Below are positions 1-13,590 of a stretch of 64,000 nt of DNA, piece by piece. The position numbers were made by a program, and so were the translations under genes. The notes under the pieces were generated by a model. That model was not told the DNA's origin and did not search any database. It was given only the letters and a program-made list of their open reading frames with translations. Origin of the DNA: Pelomyxa schiedti (taxonomy: Eukaryota; Protista; Evosea); NCBI GenBank assembly GCA_020536535.1, contig JAHLWZ010000636.1, positions 1-64,000 of the forward strand, written 5' to 3'. Within the stretch, counting starts at the first letter, position 1. Each line of letters opens with the position of its first letter.

Positions 1-6
1 CCTGTC

Positions 7-47
<41 letters not shown>

Positions 48-431
48 ACCCCGCCCGCGTCCCCATTTCCCCCCTCCGCCTCCTCCCCCGCCACCACTTC
101 TTCGGCGGCCTCCTCCTCCTCTTCCCCCTCGCCACCCGCCTCCAGGCTGCTGCTCTTGGTATCGCTGGCCTCGCCCGTTGCTATCGATGTTGTTGGGACC
201 CCGAGGCGCTGCAGCTGTGGTGCCCGAGATGTTGGGCGAAGAAGGCGTGGAGGTAGTAGATACAGCTACAACCGCAGGCCTCGCCGTCGCGGGAGCTGCA
301 GCGGTGGCACTCGGTGTCGAGGAAGACACGTCGCTGACTGAGAGAGTTGCCGACCCTATGGGCACCGCTGGGTCCGCGCTGTCCTCCTTCGTGCGAGCCC
401 TCTTCGCTTGTGGCTCCTCTGCTTCCGACAT
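1..431 (-). CDS. 5' part of a gene running off the left edge; low-complexity Ala/Thr-rich and RGG/Gly-Ala-rich N-terminus (possible RNA-binding or RNA-modifying protein)
   Basis: ATG at 431 (minus) reads MSEAEEPQAKRARTKEDSADPAVP...GGWRGGRGGGRRRSGGGG...GAGAGA with no stop to base 1; basic KRAR NLS-like patch. Confidence 0.6.
7..47. repeat. (CCTGCT)n hexamer repeat encoding a Gly-Ala tract on the minus strand
   Basis: Tandem CCTGCT units visible directly. Confidence 0.85.
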
Positions 432-451
432 CAGAACGAAACAGTTCGGAA

Positions 452-460
452 CCAAGTTGG
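452..460. promoter_or_regulatory. CCAAGTTGG candidate promoter element (also at 19572, 20818, 41972)
   Basis: Near-palindrome found 20-70 bp upstream of four start codons. Confidence 0.4.
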
Positions 461-620
461 AGCCTTACGACTCTGAGAGAATGGATTGTGCAAAGCGCTG
501 TACTCAGTGGCACAGCTTTCATTTTTGTTCCGTAGTTGATACCGAGCTGGCGACGAGACTCCACCCATCCGTTCCGTTCTTGGGTTTTTTTTGTTTTCGC
601 GAACAACGACACACAGCCGT

Positions 621-2997
621 ATGTACCAGCAAGTTCCAAGAGTTGTGGAGCCCTGCCCCAGACCGTACGACAGCAGGTTCTACTACTCCACTACTACCAC
701 TTCGTCGTCGTCCCCCTCCTTCCGCCGTCAGCACCCTGACGGGGGCTACGCAGCCAACAACGTAGACAGTGTGGCCTCCCTCCTCGGCGGTGGCCCCTCT
801 CCTTCCCCCATGGCGCCCCGCGGCGGCGACGTCCTCGTCCACCGCCGTGCCACCAGGCTTGGCCCGCCGTCCGGCAGCCCCCCAATGTCTTCGCCCCCGC
901 CGCCCCAGACGCCAACAAGGACACCCTTCGCCGAGACCACTGCAAATGGCAGCGGCGGCGGCTACGACTACGACGGCAACGACGCCGACAACGGGCCTCA
1001 GGGGGGAACCGCGGAGAGGAACTACGGGAACAGCTCTGGGAACTACGACCCCGGCGCCAGCGACGCCGTGATGCCGTTCCCGCACCGCGGCGGCGGCGCC
1101 AACTCCCGCAGCTTCACCGTGGCCGCCGACGCCTTCGACGACGACGGCGACGGCAACGACTACAGCCCGCCGCCGCCGCCAACACCACCCGCAAAGGCGG
1201 CGCCCAAGCCCGCCGCCAACCCCAGATCGACGCCGACGGGCCAACGCGCGCCCCCCAAGCCCAACGCCCTCAGGGAATCCGCGGCTAGGCCGCCGGCAAA
1301 GGCTCAGCCCGGCACCCCCACCACCCCCACCGCCGCCCGCCGGCCTGCCGCCGCGGCCACGCCGGTGAGGACCGCCACGCTCCCGCGGCCCCGCGTGTCT
1401 GTGTCGCGCACTTCCGCCTCGTCGGCGAGCACACCGCAGGGGGCCTCCTCGCGGGTCTCGTCGCCGGCCGCCTCGCGGGCGCCTTCTTCGCAGCAGCCTC
1501 GCACACAGCCCAGCACTCCGCCGTCGCGCCCCGCTGCAATCCGCAGGACACCATCGGCAGCGCGCTCGGCGCCCCCGTCGCCGTCACCCTCTCGCCCCGG
1601 CACACGGCTGCAGAGTGCCGCTGTTGCGGCATCACCGCATGCGTTAAATGCAGGAGGCACTTGTAAAACACCCTCTGGTCACACTTCTTCATCTCTTGCA
1701 CGGGCTCGGAATGTGAAAGTGGAAGCTCCACCTCCACAGAGTAAACCTAGGGTCTCGGCACCACCATTTGTAACTTGTTCTGTAAGACTCTATTCTGGCT
1801 ACTATCTTGGTATTTACCTGTTTCCCAGATGTGTGGTAGGCCGTATGGCTCAAATTCCATCGCCATCCATCAAAAACAATGCATGAAAAAGCGGGCTTTG
1901 TCGGCACCAAATCAGCAAGTTACAGATGCTCCTGTTCTTTGTTTGGGCCACAATGACATTCAGTACACTCCAATAAACAATACATTCACCAATATATGCT
2001 GAAAGATAAGTCGTATATGCTTAATTCATACAATTAGGTGTATTCCTCAAGCTGAACGCCCCATCCCTCGCTCGGGAAATTTAAATTTTGATGTAGCATG
2101 GAATGAATCAAGTGTACCGACGTCATTGCCACCATCACACCGACAAGGCCAGTCTCCAATATTCTCAGCTTCTTCCATGGTGCCTTCTCCCTTTCCCTTT
2201 GTGGTATCTCTAACAGTGATACTTTTAATTGCAGACCACCTTGCCTCGCAGAATCACATCAAACACAACAAGGCTTCCCTTTGAGAATTCCAATGTAAAT
2301 CAATCAGAGGATAGAGTGGAATGCCGGTAAATCCACATGTTGGATGACAACTTTCTAAGATGCCAACCCTCAGGTTTTGTCAGAGGAAATTCAGTTCAGA
2401 TAGAATAGAAAAACATGAAAGTGTCTGCCCGTCAAATGTAAAATCAAGGAAACAGTTTGACTCTGCCAAAATGAGAGCAAAAGTACATTGTCCACTTAGA
2501 CAACATTTCTGAAACTCCACTTTAGGGCACGGACATAGAACAATTGGCAAAGCAAAAGGGCCGTGTGCAAAATGTACCACCCCCACTCAAACCAAAGATA
2601 TCAAAATGGCGACTCCAACACGAAGAACTGCAACAAGCAATTAGAATGGCAAGGATGGCCACCGTAAATGAAAGCCAGCCAAGAAACAAATCACACACGT
2701 CTGTTATGCAAGCACGACAACCACCAGCACCCATGCTGACTTCCGCAGAACTTCACCCGGAGTATGAACAATGGTACCCTATTTCCCCTTCTTTTGGTGC
2801 GTAAGACTGATTTGCATCTGACTTGCTACCCCGTAGTCCATACTGCCGCCGGCGTTTCAGCCCCATAGCAGCCGAGCGGCACATTCCCAAATGTATATTC
2901 CGGAACTTCCCCACTCCTTTCTAAACTCCATAAAGGTAGAGATATTATACACAAGCCCAAACCACCACCAGCTTCTGTACCACGACGGCGGTATTAA
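621..2997 (+). CDS. ZC2HC1/FAM164-like C2HC zinc-finger protein with long Pro/Ser-rich N-terminus (multi-exon)
   Basis: Three C2HC fingers after splicing: CSMCGRPYGSNSIAIHQKQC, ECRFCQRKFSSDRIEKHESVC, CPYCRRRFSPIAAERHIPKC; also KWRLQHEELQQAIR; stop TAA 2995-2997. Confidence 0.8.
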
Positions 2998-3140
2998 GCC
3001 TGAACCCTCAACGTCGTGTATTCACCAAATGACCACCCTCCTTTCATACCAAATTCGTAAATAAAACAACTGTAAAATAGCCCAAAGTTTTTTTTTTCCT
3101 CACACACCCACCATTCATTCAAACATTGGCAATCCCTCCC

Positions 3141-3548
3141 TCAATAATATCCACCAAAGGGATACTGTGGGTAATACGCAGGAGGCTGCATAGGCCAGAA
3201 CGGCGGGGGGCCGTGATAATGGTGGTGAGGATGGTGGGGGTGCTTGTGGTGCTTATGGTGCTTCATCATGTGGTGGTGCCAAGGGTGCCCCCACGGCGGG
3301 AAGCAGTGCGGGGGAGGGGGAGGAGGCGGAGGCGGCGGAGGGGGAGCCGCGAAGCTGGGGCCGTAGCCGTAGCCGTAGCAGCCCATGCCACCGACCCAGG
3401 GCGAGGGGGGCATGGTGGGGTAGTAATTGGCGGCCCCCATTGGGGGGTACTGCGGGGGGTACCACATTGCCTGCGGAACAGGGGGCGGAGGGGGATGGGG
3501 GCAAAAGGCGCCGGGCCAGCACCCTTGTGGTTGGTATCCTGGGTACAT
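3141..3548 (-). CDS. Small Pro/Tyr/Gly/His-rich protein (135 aa, single exon)
   Basis: GC-rich ORF flanked by AT-rich DNA; MYPGYQP...poly-Pro...HHHMMKHHKHHKHPHHPHHHYH. Confidence 0.6.
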   Translation of the reverse strand: MYPGYQPQGCWPGAFCPHPPPPPVPQAMWYPPQYPPMGAANYYPTMPPSPWVGGMGCYGYGYGPSFAAPPPPPPPPPPPPHCFPPWGHPWHHHMMKHHKHHKHPHHPHHHYHGPPPFWPMQPPAYYPQYPFGGYY

Positions 3549-3716
3549 AATGACTTGTCACTGCCAAGCAATACTTTGGTTTGGTTGGAACGTTAACAAC
3601 GGCTTTTTTTGTTTTGTTTGTGCGTGGCAGGGAAAAATTTGATCACAACTCGGCACAGTTCGTGTGGTTTTTCTTGAAAATTCCAAATTCCATTGGAAAG
3701 TTGTCATGAAACTTGG

Positions 3717-4592
3717 TTAGAGGAGGTCACCCTTGATGGCGTTGAAGATAGTGGTGCCCATAAGTTTGTACCCAGCTTCAGAGAGGTGTACGCCGTCATT
3801 GGCCCAGTTGGCAGGGGACCCACCAAAAGATGGATACGGGATGTAATTGTCCAAATGGATCACTTGGAATCCCGCAGCATTGCACTGCTCAATAATGCGC
3901 TGGTTGAATAGCTCCCTTTTTGCTGTTAAGATGTAAGCAAACTGGAGGTATTACAATGAGAGAAACAAGAACCTCGTTGTGATTGGTTCAACTTCTCATT
4001 CCCTTTTTGCAGTAGTGTCATGAAGTAGCATCTCCCTCCATGGAGCCGAACATAGTTTCTAAGGTCATTAACTATTACTTTAAGGTCCTCTATAGCAGTA
4101 AGACTGAGCCAGAGTAGTGGAGCTCAAGCACACCATGCATTGAATCATCAGAGGCATAGGCCATATCATTGGCGCCTCCCAAAACAATCCACACAATAGG
4201 AAGGTTTAACTGAGCTCCCCAATGCATGATTTGCAACAATCTAATCCTTATCTCAGCCAGCCTCTCACCAGAAACCCCTGGTAATTTAAGTGAGGTCCCA
4301 CTGAACGAAAAATGGAGTGCACATCCACAAGTGATGACAGCGAATTAAGTTGTCAAAGTACGGAACCGTGGTTTTCCACAATAAACTGTTGTGCAGGAGC
4401 AGACTGGGAGTTCAACAAATTGCTCAACGTGAGGGTGTAGGGTCTCATCGTTGACACATTCACCCACCCCTCCGTGAGGCTATCCCCTACACATTCAACG
4501 TAAGTTTCGTGTTTTGCTGCTGTCATTTTATCTATCCTCGAAAGATTTTCGTCTTGGTCACTGGGACAGGCCACCCGGAGGTTAACAGTCAT
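3717..4592 (-). CDS. SGNH/GDSL hydrolase (multi-exon)
   Basis: Blocks VGDSLTEG, (P)GVSGE-type block II, LGGAND and DGVHLSEAGY in order; stop at 3717-3719; start may be MTAAKH instead. Confidence 0.85.
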
Positions 4593-4715
4593 GTGACGTT
4601 AACCTTGTGAAACGCTCGTACCTCGGGGAAAGGAGTCCCTCAGGCAATCTGGCAGAGGATGTTTCCATGAAGGAGTTGAAGTTCAGAAAAATTGCATGGT
4701 ACACAGGTGCTGGTG

Positions 4716-7111
4716 ATGGCATCAGGAGTTAGTGTCACAGTGGTACAATCACCCACCTCCAGCGGCAGGCCGCCAGTTATCCCCCCTAGGCAGCAGCAGA
4801 ACCAGCACGCGCCCCCAGGGTCTGTCCCACCTCCCCCGCCGCCAGGGCGTCCTTCCCCCGCCACCCCGCACGCCACCCCTGCTGTTGTTCCCCCGCCTCC
4901 CCCTCGGCGCCCGCCGCCCCCGCCCAAGCAACTGCAGCAACAGCAGCGAGCGCCTCCCCCTCCTGCTGTTGCAGTTGCTTCTGCCTCTGCCTCTGCTTCT
5001 GCTTCTACTTCTACTTCTTCCACTGCTAGTGGTACTACTGTAAAATCAAATAATGGTGCGGCTGCAACAGCAAATGTAAATCGAGGAGCAAACACTCTGG
5101 CAAGGGTACCCAGCCCTCCCGTTTGTGGTACTAGTGCCTCACCAACATCTCACTGCCGGGAGCCTAATGGACAGGTTTTTTTTTTTAGATGTTTATTGGG
5201 AGTGTGTTTCATTGCTAATTATTTTTATAAGTTGGATGAAAGACTGGAAAAAATCGTTGTCGATTACATTGTGACAGAGAGGGAGTATGTCAAGTGGCTG
5301 GAAGTTATCGTAGAAGTAGGTTACCATTTTACCACACATTAGCTCAGAACTTCTTGAAGGTGTTCTTGGAGCCAATGAAAGCACTCCAGGCCTTTACTCC
5401 TGAAGTTATTAATAACTTGTTTGCAAACATCCCACAGTTGCTCCAGGTTCTTAAACATTTCAGAATTAACTGAGAGGCTATCTTACAAAACAATAGATTC
5501 ATCGTGATTTCATTGCTTCCATGGAAACAAGCAATACATTGGATGCTGAATTAGACACATTCACACAACTGGTGTTCTTCCTCATTCCTTTAGTGCTTTC
5601 TTATTAATTTCATTTCATTAGGTGTCAAAGATGGACTTGTACATCCCTTATGCATCAAATTTCCAGACATGCACAAATTCTATGGAAGACCTTAAGAAGC
5701 TTCCAGCATTCAAGACTTTTTGGAAGGTATTTTATTTTTCGCTTGCTGCCCCTTATTGTCACTTTCTAGCGCCAACTTGAAAACCCAAGATGTAAATCTC
5801 TGGATGGTTTAAGTTTATTCAGTATGCCTATGCAAAGGGTTCCGCGTATACATCGTGCACTTGAAGTTAGTATTATTCCCGAAAAATGTCCTTCTAAGTC
5901 ATTGCAGGAAATGGTTAGGACCGTTGATGTGTCTCATCCCTCCTATACACGGATGGATTCTATTCTGTCCATTATAAAAGTATGAATTGTAAATTTTTTT
6001 GTGTTAAAAATCCTAAATAAAACAAGCTAGGCTGTAGCCATGCAGATTGAAGAGGCTCTTAATGCAAGGGAAAATATGGATAAAATTCGCTCTGTTCAGA
6101 CCAGGATGAAAACTCAACTCTCTGGTTTCAATGTACATTACGTCGTCTAGCCTTGAATTTTCACTAGCAATTTTCTCCAGCTCATTGAACCACACCGAAA
6201 ATTTTTACGTGAAGGTCTTCTACAAAAAGTTTGCCGAAAGGCCAATAAACCTAGAACTTTTTTCCTGTTTAATGATTTGCTGTTGTATGGAAGCTTTACA
6301 TCAGGAGGTTCAATTCCGTTCTTTTTATTTTTCTGAGTGTCCTGCAGGATTTTTACTCCATCGAGTGGTACCACTAGACACTGCCCAAGTCAGTGATGTA
6401 GCTGAAGCCAAGTTCCCAAATGCATTTTCAGTGAGAACTGTTTTGTGCCTTCTCCCTGTAATATAGAACAAAATCAGATATCCTCTGCAAACAAGTCGTT
6501 TATTGTAATTTGCAGCTCACCAGAAGAAAAGCAGCAATGGGTGACGGATATCAATGATTCCATCACCCAAGTTAAAACGTAGAATATCCAACTCCAAATT
6601 AACTTGAGAAACCAGATAAAAACGCGCCGCACAACCTTGAGTCGTGTACAAAGGGATGCCTCTGGAAGACTCGTAGCTGTAAGTTCCAATGTAATTGATT
6701 CCAAACCTGCTTTCGTTTCTCCAGTGTGGCAGGTATTAATCACGTTCACTCACAACATTCTAACCTTGTTGAAGCCAAATCAGCAAGCTCCATCCTGTAC
6801 TATTTGCCGTGTAGATTTCACAGTTTTGAACAGAAGAGTATGTGATAGGTTTCCCTCCCAAAGTAGCCAACTAACATGTACTCCTTAAAAAACACAAGCA
6901 CCACTGCCGATTATGCGGTATGTGAACAAATAAACAGCATCCACCAGTGCCTAAACAACACACAGGAAAAGTTATTTGCGGCAACTGCTCAGGCCAGCAG
7001 CTCCTTTTACCCTCCTCACCCCAGAGGCAAAGAGTATGCGACCGCTGCTACGAAGTCAACACACAACCCCGAACACCTTCTCCCCCTTCTTCATCATCCT
7101 CAGACCACTGA
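4716..7111 (+). CDS. FGD-like RhoGEF: Pro-rich N-terminus, DH, PH and FYVE domains
   Basis: DH motifs IVTEREYVKWLEVI, LFANIPQL, PMQRVPRY; PH motif FFLFNDLLLYG...SPEEKQQW; FYVE motif [29 protein letters not shown]...RVCDRCY. Confidence 0.85.
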
Positions 7112-7158
7112 CCCCCCTAACTGTTCACCGAAATCCCGGATATCCAAAAGCCTTGCTG

Positions 7159-8571
7159 ATGGGCAACCAACCGCCAACAACAACAACAACAACCACCAAC
7201 ACTAGCACAAGCACCGACGCACCCTATGTTCCCAATACCAAGGTAATAGAAAAGACACGAAACTCTCTGCGCAAAGAATCCGAGCTCCTCTCGTGGCTGG
7301 AGCAAAGCTGCCTCTCACACGCGTCCTCGTGCTCTGTGTCGGCTGCGTCGTCCTCAGTACCACCTTCGTCATCGAACTCGGAGGCCGAGCCCTCAGCCCC
7401 AGCCCCAGCCCCAGCCTCCGACTCCACAAACGCAAGTCAAAAAGCAATCAAGTGCTCATGTTGCGCCAGGACCAATTTTATTTGTGTCGGACGTGGGACG
7501 CCCCCAGTGAGGGACGAAGTAAACAGCATGTTGAATGGTGATGTGGTGTTGCTGATGGAACCTAGCACTGTTCCAATAAGATGCCCAATGGCTATGGGGA
7601 TAGAGGACGCCCTCACTCTCGCTGAGCTGTGCCGTGCTCAGTCTGAGATACAGAACCGAGAGGTGATCAAACACAATTCAAAAACAAAAACCCGAAACCA
7701 CAGAAAACACAACTCAATTGCTGCTACCAATAACAGCCTCAACTCTGGCTGAATGAAGCTTCATTAATCCTAGAATCACTTATTATGCTACAGTTAGGGT
7801 AGGAGGGATAAACGTGACTGACTTACTAGGCTCTGTGGTTCGGATTTGCCCCAAAAAGTGATGTTCCTTCTGAGCTGCTTCGTGGAGCACATATCTGGAA
7901 ATTTTCGCCCCTTATACGGAAGGTTTCGTATATAGTGCACAATCATTTAGCGTGGGAATTATCTCCCCTAGCTCGCATTCGGCACTAACAGCCTTCAAGT
8001 TTGCAGCAAAAATACAAGAGGACACTACTGTGAACGGAGTAAAGCACTCTTCTCTGCAACTGCCCAGAGGGGAAAAGGTTTCACTCATTGTAGCCAATTT
8101 CGGCAGCCAGATTAGACTCTGTGTTTTAAAGTGCAACGGTACGACTCTTCTCCGGTTCTGTGTATGGCCACACAAAGTATTAATTCCTCATTTTTTTTTT
8201 TTTCGAGACCTAACTTTTTTGTATCGCATGGACAGGTTTTGGTTGTTAATTCTGTTGTTCCGCAAAACACTGACGATGCTGTCCCTCCAGGCATGTCATT
8301 CCTTGAAACAAGTGATTCATCAGAGTTTGTCATCAGCAGTTCCGGTTTTTCCGGCTTTTCTTCTCTTCTTTCCCAAACCGCATTATTATCTAACATGACA
8401 TCAGGCACCCTAGATACGTCAACGCACACATGTGGAATTAGCGGACTTGTGGAACTAGAAATATGGTCGGCAATGGTTGTTGGACACACAATACACATGT
8501 GCTGGACACCTCCAGATACAGTTGGCCCACAGTCACAAGAAGTAACTCTCAGCTTATATCTGACTTCATAA
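7159..8571 (+). CDS. Hypothetical protein with possible N-myristoylation start (MGNQPP), multi-exon
   Basis: Long ORFs 6976-7752, 7952-8398 and 8131-8571 linkable by short GT-AG introns; no recognised domain. Confidence 0.5.
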
Positions 8572-8684
8572 ATTGTGAAAAAAACCTACTCTACGGCCAC
8601 GTCCCACACCCCCACCTTTGGTGTATTTTGTGGAAAAAGAAGAAAAACTAGTAACAATTTTTAAAAATAAACAAGAAAATTGAA

Positions 8685-11600
8685 ATGTCTCGGACTGCCA
8701 AAACAGATGACAGCGAGGACGCGGACGGCTTCGTCCTAGTGAGCCCATCCGCCCCTGCCCCGTCCGCCTCGCGCTCGACCACAACACCCCCCTCGTCCAC
8801 GAGCTCAGCAGCAGCAACAACAGCTCACTCCCCCGCGTCGTCGCCGTCGCACTCGCCCACGAGCTCGCCCGTGGACGACGACTGCAGCGTGCACCTGCAC
8901 CCCACCAGGCTCCAGCACCAGCACCAGCGGCTCCTGCAGCGCCAAGGCTGCGGTGGCGGGGAGGGGGACGGCGGCGGGGGCCCCGCGGCGGTGGTGGAGG
9001 AGGGCGTGATGGATTACCTCAGCCACGTGCTGGTGGAGCTCGCGAGCCAGCGGCCCCAGCTGCCCGACACCCCGTCGACCAGCAGGCGCAAGCGGCAGGC
9101 CCTGCGGAAGAACAGCGGGGGCGTGTCGTCGCCCATCGTGCAGCACCAGCAGGCCCACGGGCACGGGCCCCTGCTGTCGACTCCCGGCGGGAGCGGGGGC
9201 AGGGGAGGAGGAGGAGGAGGGGGGCACCCTTTGGCTAGGCAGACGGCCTCGTCGGCGTGTGAGGAGGAGAGGGCCGCGGCCTTTGTTCTTGAGCTTAATG
9301 CCGTAAATTATGAGAGGCTCAAGGCAGGAGCCCTGAATAGTGGTGGCTCGGCTCCGTTTGTAATTTCCCTTATTGGGGGTATGCATATACTGTTGGTAGC
9401 TCCACCCTGTCTTGACTTTACTTGATTCTTTTTTCCCCCATTTTTGTGTTGTTTCAATGCTTGTGACGGGGTTATAACCAGTTATTATGACCAGATACAC
9501 ATGCAGGCAAGACTACACTGGTGAAGCCGCTTCTCCTTGAACAATATGACTTACTTGCACACATTCTGCAAGGCAGTACTCACTCACAGAAGAATTTCAG
9601 TGGTACTTCAGCAAATGTCTGCACTTATAGGTTCTTCCCTTCCTGTGTAGGCTATTTTCTTCTGCCCACAATTTTTAGGTCAACACCCAATGTGGACACA
9701 GGAAAAGTCGTGGAATCCCCTGTAGTATATGGCATCTCCTCTTTCTTTTGTTTTTCTTTTTACCATTGATTTCAGTTTGGGATTTTGAAGGATCGAATGC
9801 AGTGGGAGTTCCTTCCATTGTGTGACCTATTTCACCTTTGCTTTTCCGGACTTACTTAACGTAGCTTCAAAAATCAATGGAGGCTCTAGTCCCACCAAAA
9901 GTACAATCGGCTCTACAGTCTCAACTGCAGAGCAGCTCCATTGAAAGACGGAGTGCTGTCAATAAGCTCCTTCCTATGCTGGCGTATTTCATGAGTGACA
10001 TGGTTGTATTTATTGACAACACCACATTTGACAACACCAAGTTCGCAGAAAAGATAAAAAATTTTGTTTCTGGTACTCTTCAATTCATTCAAAGTGTCTT
10101 CTAATGATTTTTTCCTACAGCTACCGGAGGAATTGCAGATAAAGTATGTCATGAGGGGATTGTATCCAGCTCCTAAAGGTCTTTAGGTGTTTGATCCAAC
10201 ACTCATTGTCATCAGCAACAAATGTGCTTTGAAAGGTCAATCTGCTGGAATTTGGGACATAGAGAAATGCACCAAGAAATTTATGGATTCTGAGCAAGTA
10301 CATTTCAATTGCGCTACAAACTATTCTAACAGAAGATAAGTCTTTTGGCCTTGCTAATCTCCATCAATCAGTCCATTGCATTTGCTTGCCAGACTGGTTA
10401 GCATGTCTCATAAGTTCATTTTGTTTTTCATTTCATGAAAGGAATGCCTCTGACTTGCAAATGGTGAATGGGAGATTAGTTGCTAGTCCTGTTGGTGCCA
10501 CAAAATATGCAGAGCAAATTAGTGCTCTTCAGTCTTTAGTTAAAAAGGCACTACAGAAGCGTATGATTGGTATTTTATCTTGGCATTGCTTTATTCTTTT
10601 TAACCCTGTATAGAAAGGATCGAGATGGGGCTTCACATCTCTGAGAGAACCTGGCTTGAAGTATACAGTCACTTAACCACATTCGACTAACTCCTTTCTA
10701 AGATCCTGAAGCTCACTATTGAGGACTTCCCCAGTAGTATTGAAGTGAAAGAGCACACAAAGAGTCTCACTTGGTCCTCTAAATTTTATTCCATAGTGAC
10801 CTCACCTGGGAGTGAGGAAGTTTTATCTGTGTGAGTTTTCTCCTCCATAGCCAAATACCTCTGATGAGAGTAGCACCTTGCTTTTTTCCCAGCTTTTGGA
10901 GATTATCAATAGCCCCAATATGTCAAGTGAGGAGTACTTCTCCAAGTTTATGCTTTGCAGGGAAACGGCATTTGTTTCTTTAGCAGGTACTTCGCCAACA
11001 TAGAATCATAACTGAGTTTCCCAAGTGAAAATTGCTCTTCGAATAAAACAAAGTGGGTTGAGTTCAGTTCAGACCCCAGACCACTTAACGGTTTCTTAAT
11101 TGAAGTAAACAATACACTTGCAATACAATAGGAAATAGAATACTTACTCAACACTAAAGACAGGGGCACCCATTTACCAAGTGAAAACTCAGTGGGTATG
11201 TATGCTGAGGGAGCTGGCCGAAAATATTGAAGACCTGCGACCATGTTGTGCTAATTACCCTCAGCTTTCCAGTGACAACATAGTTGTGCAACTCAGGTAA
11301 GTTTTCTCTCTCACTTTGTAGCCAACCAAGCCATAGGTGCACGCAAACCAAACGTTGGCACATGCAAAACCATCGTAACCCAAATGTGATGGATGGACCT
11401 GAAGTGGGTACCGTGACGCGGCTGTTCTACAAACTAGTATCATTTTTGGGGATAGGTTTTCCTCTTGTGTGGACTGGAAAATTTCAGCCTGATGACAATT
11501 TATCTCTCCAAGTTGAAGAGGACCTCTTCACACAAAGGGTCATAGCTTTTCTTGAGGTTCTGTCGTTTCGCTTGCTGCTCGGTTTAACTTCATTCCCAGA

Positions 11601-12056
11601 TGCCAGAAGAAACTGTCCTATTCAGCATGTGCGAGCAGGTTTGTTCCTTTTGACTGCATGATGATTGGTTCCCCTAATTCTTTCAAGTTGGAAGGTGTTC
11701 TTCAGGATTACTGTGAGATGCCAATTATCACCAAAACCCTTATTACAGAGATACACTCCCCCACGTTGCGCGGCACTTCCTCGACAACCACAACCAGCAC
11801 AGTAGCTTCAACACAAATAACAACCCTGACAACGACTACGGTGGCCTCATTAGAGACACCAACTGTTCTCACAACACAACAGCACACAGCAGCACCACCA
11901 GCAGTGATTCACCCAAGTACCATCACTACCAAAGAACAATACCTATGTATGGTGTGTTTAAAACCACAACCTGACCCCACAAGCTCCCTTTGTGCTGCTT
12001 GTGCCCCCAAATGGAAAACACTTGTGAACTTTCCAGAAAATGTGAATACCTACTAG
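8685..12056 (+). CDS. Large P-loop GTPase of GBP/atlastin-like type with Cys/His-rich C-terminal part (multi-exon)
   Basis: Spliced Walker A VISLIG-DTHAGKTT, G3 FWDFEGS, SDMVVFID; C-terminal Thr-rich linker and CMVC...CAAC motif. Confidence 0.65.
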
Positions 12057-12093
12057 CTTTTCTAAAAAACGAATTTTTCTTTTTGTGAATGTT

Positions 12094-13168
12094 TCAAGGG
12101 TTTTGGCCAAGGTATTGTATGTAGAGCCAGTTGGCCTCCTTTTCTCCATTGAGAGCGTTGTTGTTGAAAAACCTAACTTTCACCTTCTGGTTGGCAGGGA
12201 TGTTTGCAGTGTAATCGAATTGCTCAGAATGGACATAGTTGGTATTCCGTCCATGGTAATGGCGAGCAACAACGGTATCTGCAATTTGAATCTCAGTGTG
12301 TGCTGTATTTTGACCGTTGGCGTTCGTTGTGGTTGTATAATGAACGGTGATCTGGTATACCGCCGGAACAAGAATGACAACAGATGTGCCTTCGTCTTCA
12401 ACTCGGAAGTGCGTGGATGTGCACAACACGGTCTCATTCCAGTTTATGAAAGTGCCATTGGTGGTGGCATGTGTAGTTGACATCTGAGTTGCATTAGACG
12501 GTACAATGTAAAAAGTGGATTGTAACCCGAAGCATCGGTTTCAGCAGTCCCTAAAATCGAGTTACTGACGGTACGAAAGTAAAACGGCAACACACCATGT
12601 CCCTCTTTATATCGGCTTTAAACTTGTCCAACGACCCGGTGAAGGACTCCTACGGGAGAGAAAAGTGAATATACATAGAATACGGCTGTGTGTTACCTGC
12701 AGAACAGTCACAGCTTTATCCACTTTTTTTATTTCAGCATCCTGCACTTTTGTAAGGTGGAATTTTACACTCAATATGCAGTTTTACCATTGCTTCCCCA
12801 TCCGTTCTTAATTGATCGATGCTAATTGTGTGCCCAGAGCAATAGCCCTATATAACAAAAGTAAGCTTCAGGTTACAGGCTTGATGTCGTTGGGTTTGCT
12901 TGACCTGATATTGTGAGGTAACTGTCTGCATCTGGGAAACTGTTGATTTGAGTGCCATTATCTCTTCCGACGGTATCGGCATCGGCCTAGGATCTGGTGT
13001 AGTACTACAACGAACCACTGTCACGGGGGCCAATACGAGTCGACATTCCGTGTTGCCGTGAATTGCACTTTTTTCTACCACGAGAAGATGCAACAGATCA
13101 GTGCCGTTCTTGCGTGGCTCTTCAGAACAGGTTGTAGATTCCTCAGGGGAACTGGGAGCAAATCCCAT
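12094..13168 (-). CDS. Coiled-coil protein with C-terminal C1q/TNF-like beta domain; start uncertain
   Basis: Last exon FINWNETVLCTSTHFRVEDEGTSVVILVPAVYQITVHY...KVKVRF...WLYIQYLG fits a C1q-like strand pattern; upstream helical exons. Confidence 0.5.
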
Positions 13169-13590
13169 TCGAGTAACATGCCCAGGACCAGCAGTTTCAG
13201 CCCAGGCACTGCTTAATAAAACAAAAATTATATAGGGGTTCAACCGCTGCGAGCATGTTAAACAAGAACAAGAAGAAAGGGGAAAACCTCCGAAACTTTC
13301 GAATCAACCAAAACACCATAGCTACCGAAGGTGCTGTTTGACAACGTGAGTTCCCAAGCTTTTTAATTGCGGTTAAAAAGAACCAGGAAAGCGATAACAA
13401 ACCAGACTCCGAATTAACAGTCGCCTTCACTTCCCACACATTACGGCCAAGTCGCAAGCCCGGTGGATTCCAATTTGGTAGCTCTTGGACCAACGACATA
13501 GTTATTTTTTTTCGTTTTTGCGAAGCCCCAACAGCCAAACTGTGTTCGTCTACAAACCCAAGTTGACTCAACGAATTCGGCCAAGTTGAT

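Noticed and set aside
156-1737. Many overlapping ORFs in the GC-rich first 1.7 kb (likewise 8805-9500 and 4640-5095)
   Set aside because: Shadow frames of GC-rich low-complexity exons
3717-4592. Recent bacterial transfer of the SGNH hydrolase
   Set aside because: It has several introns and host-like composition; no evidence without a phylogeny
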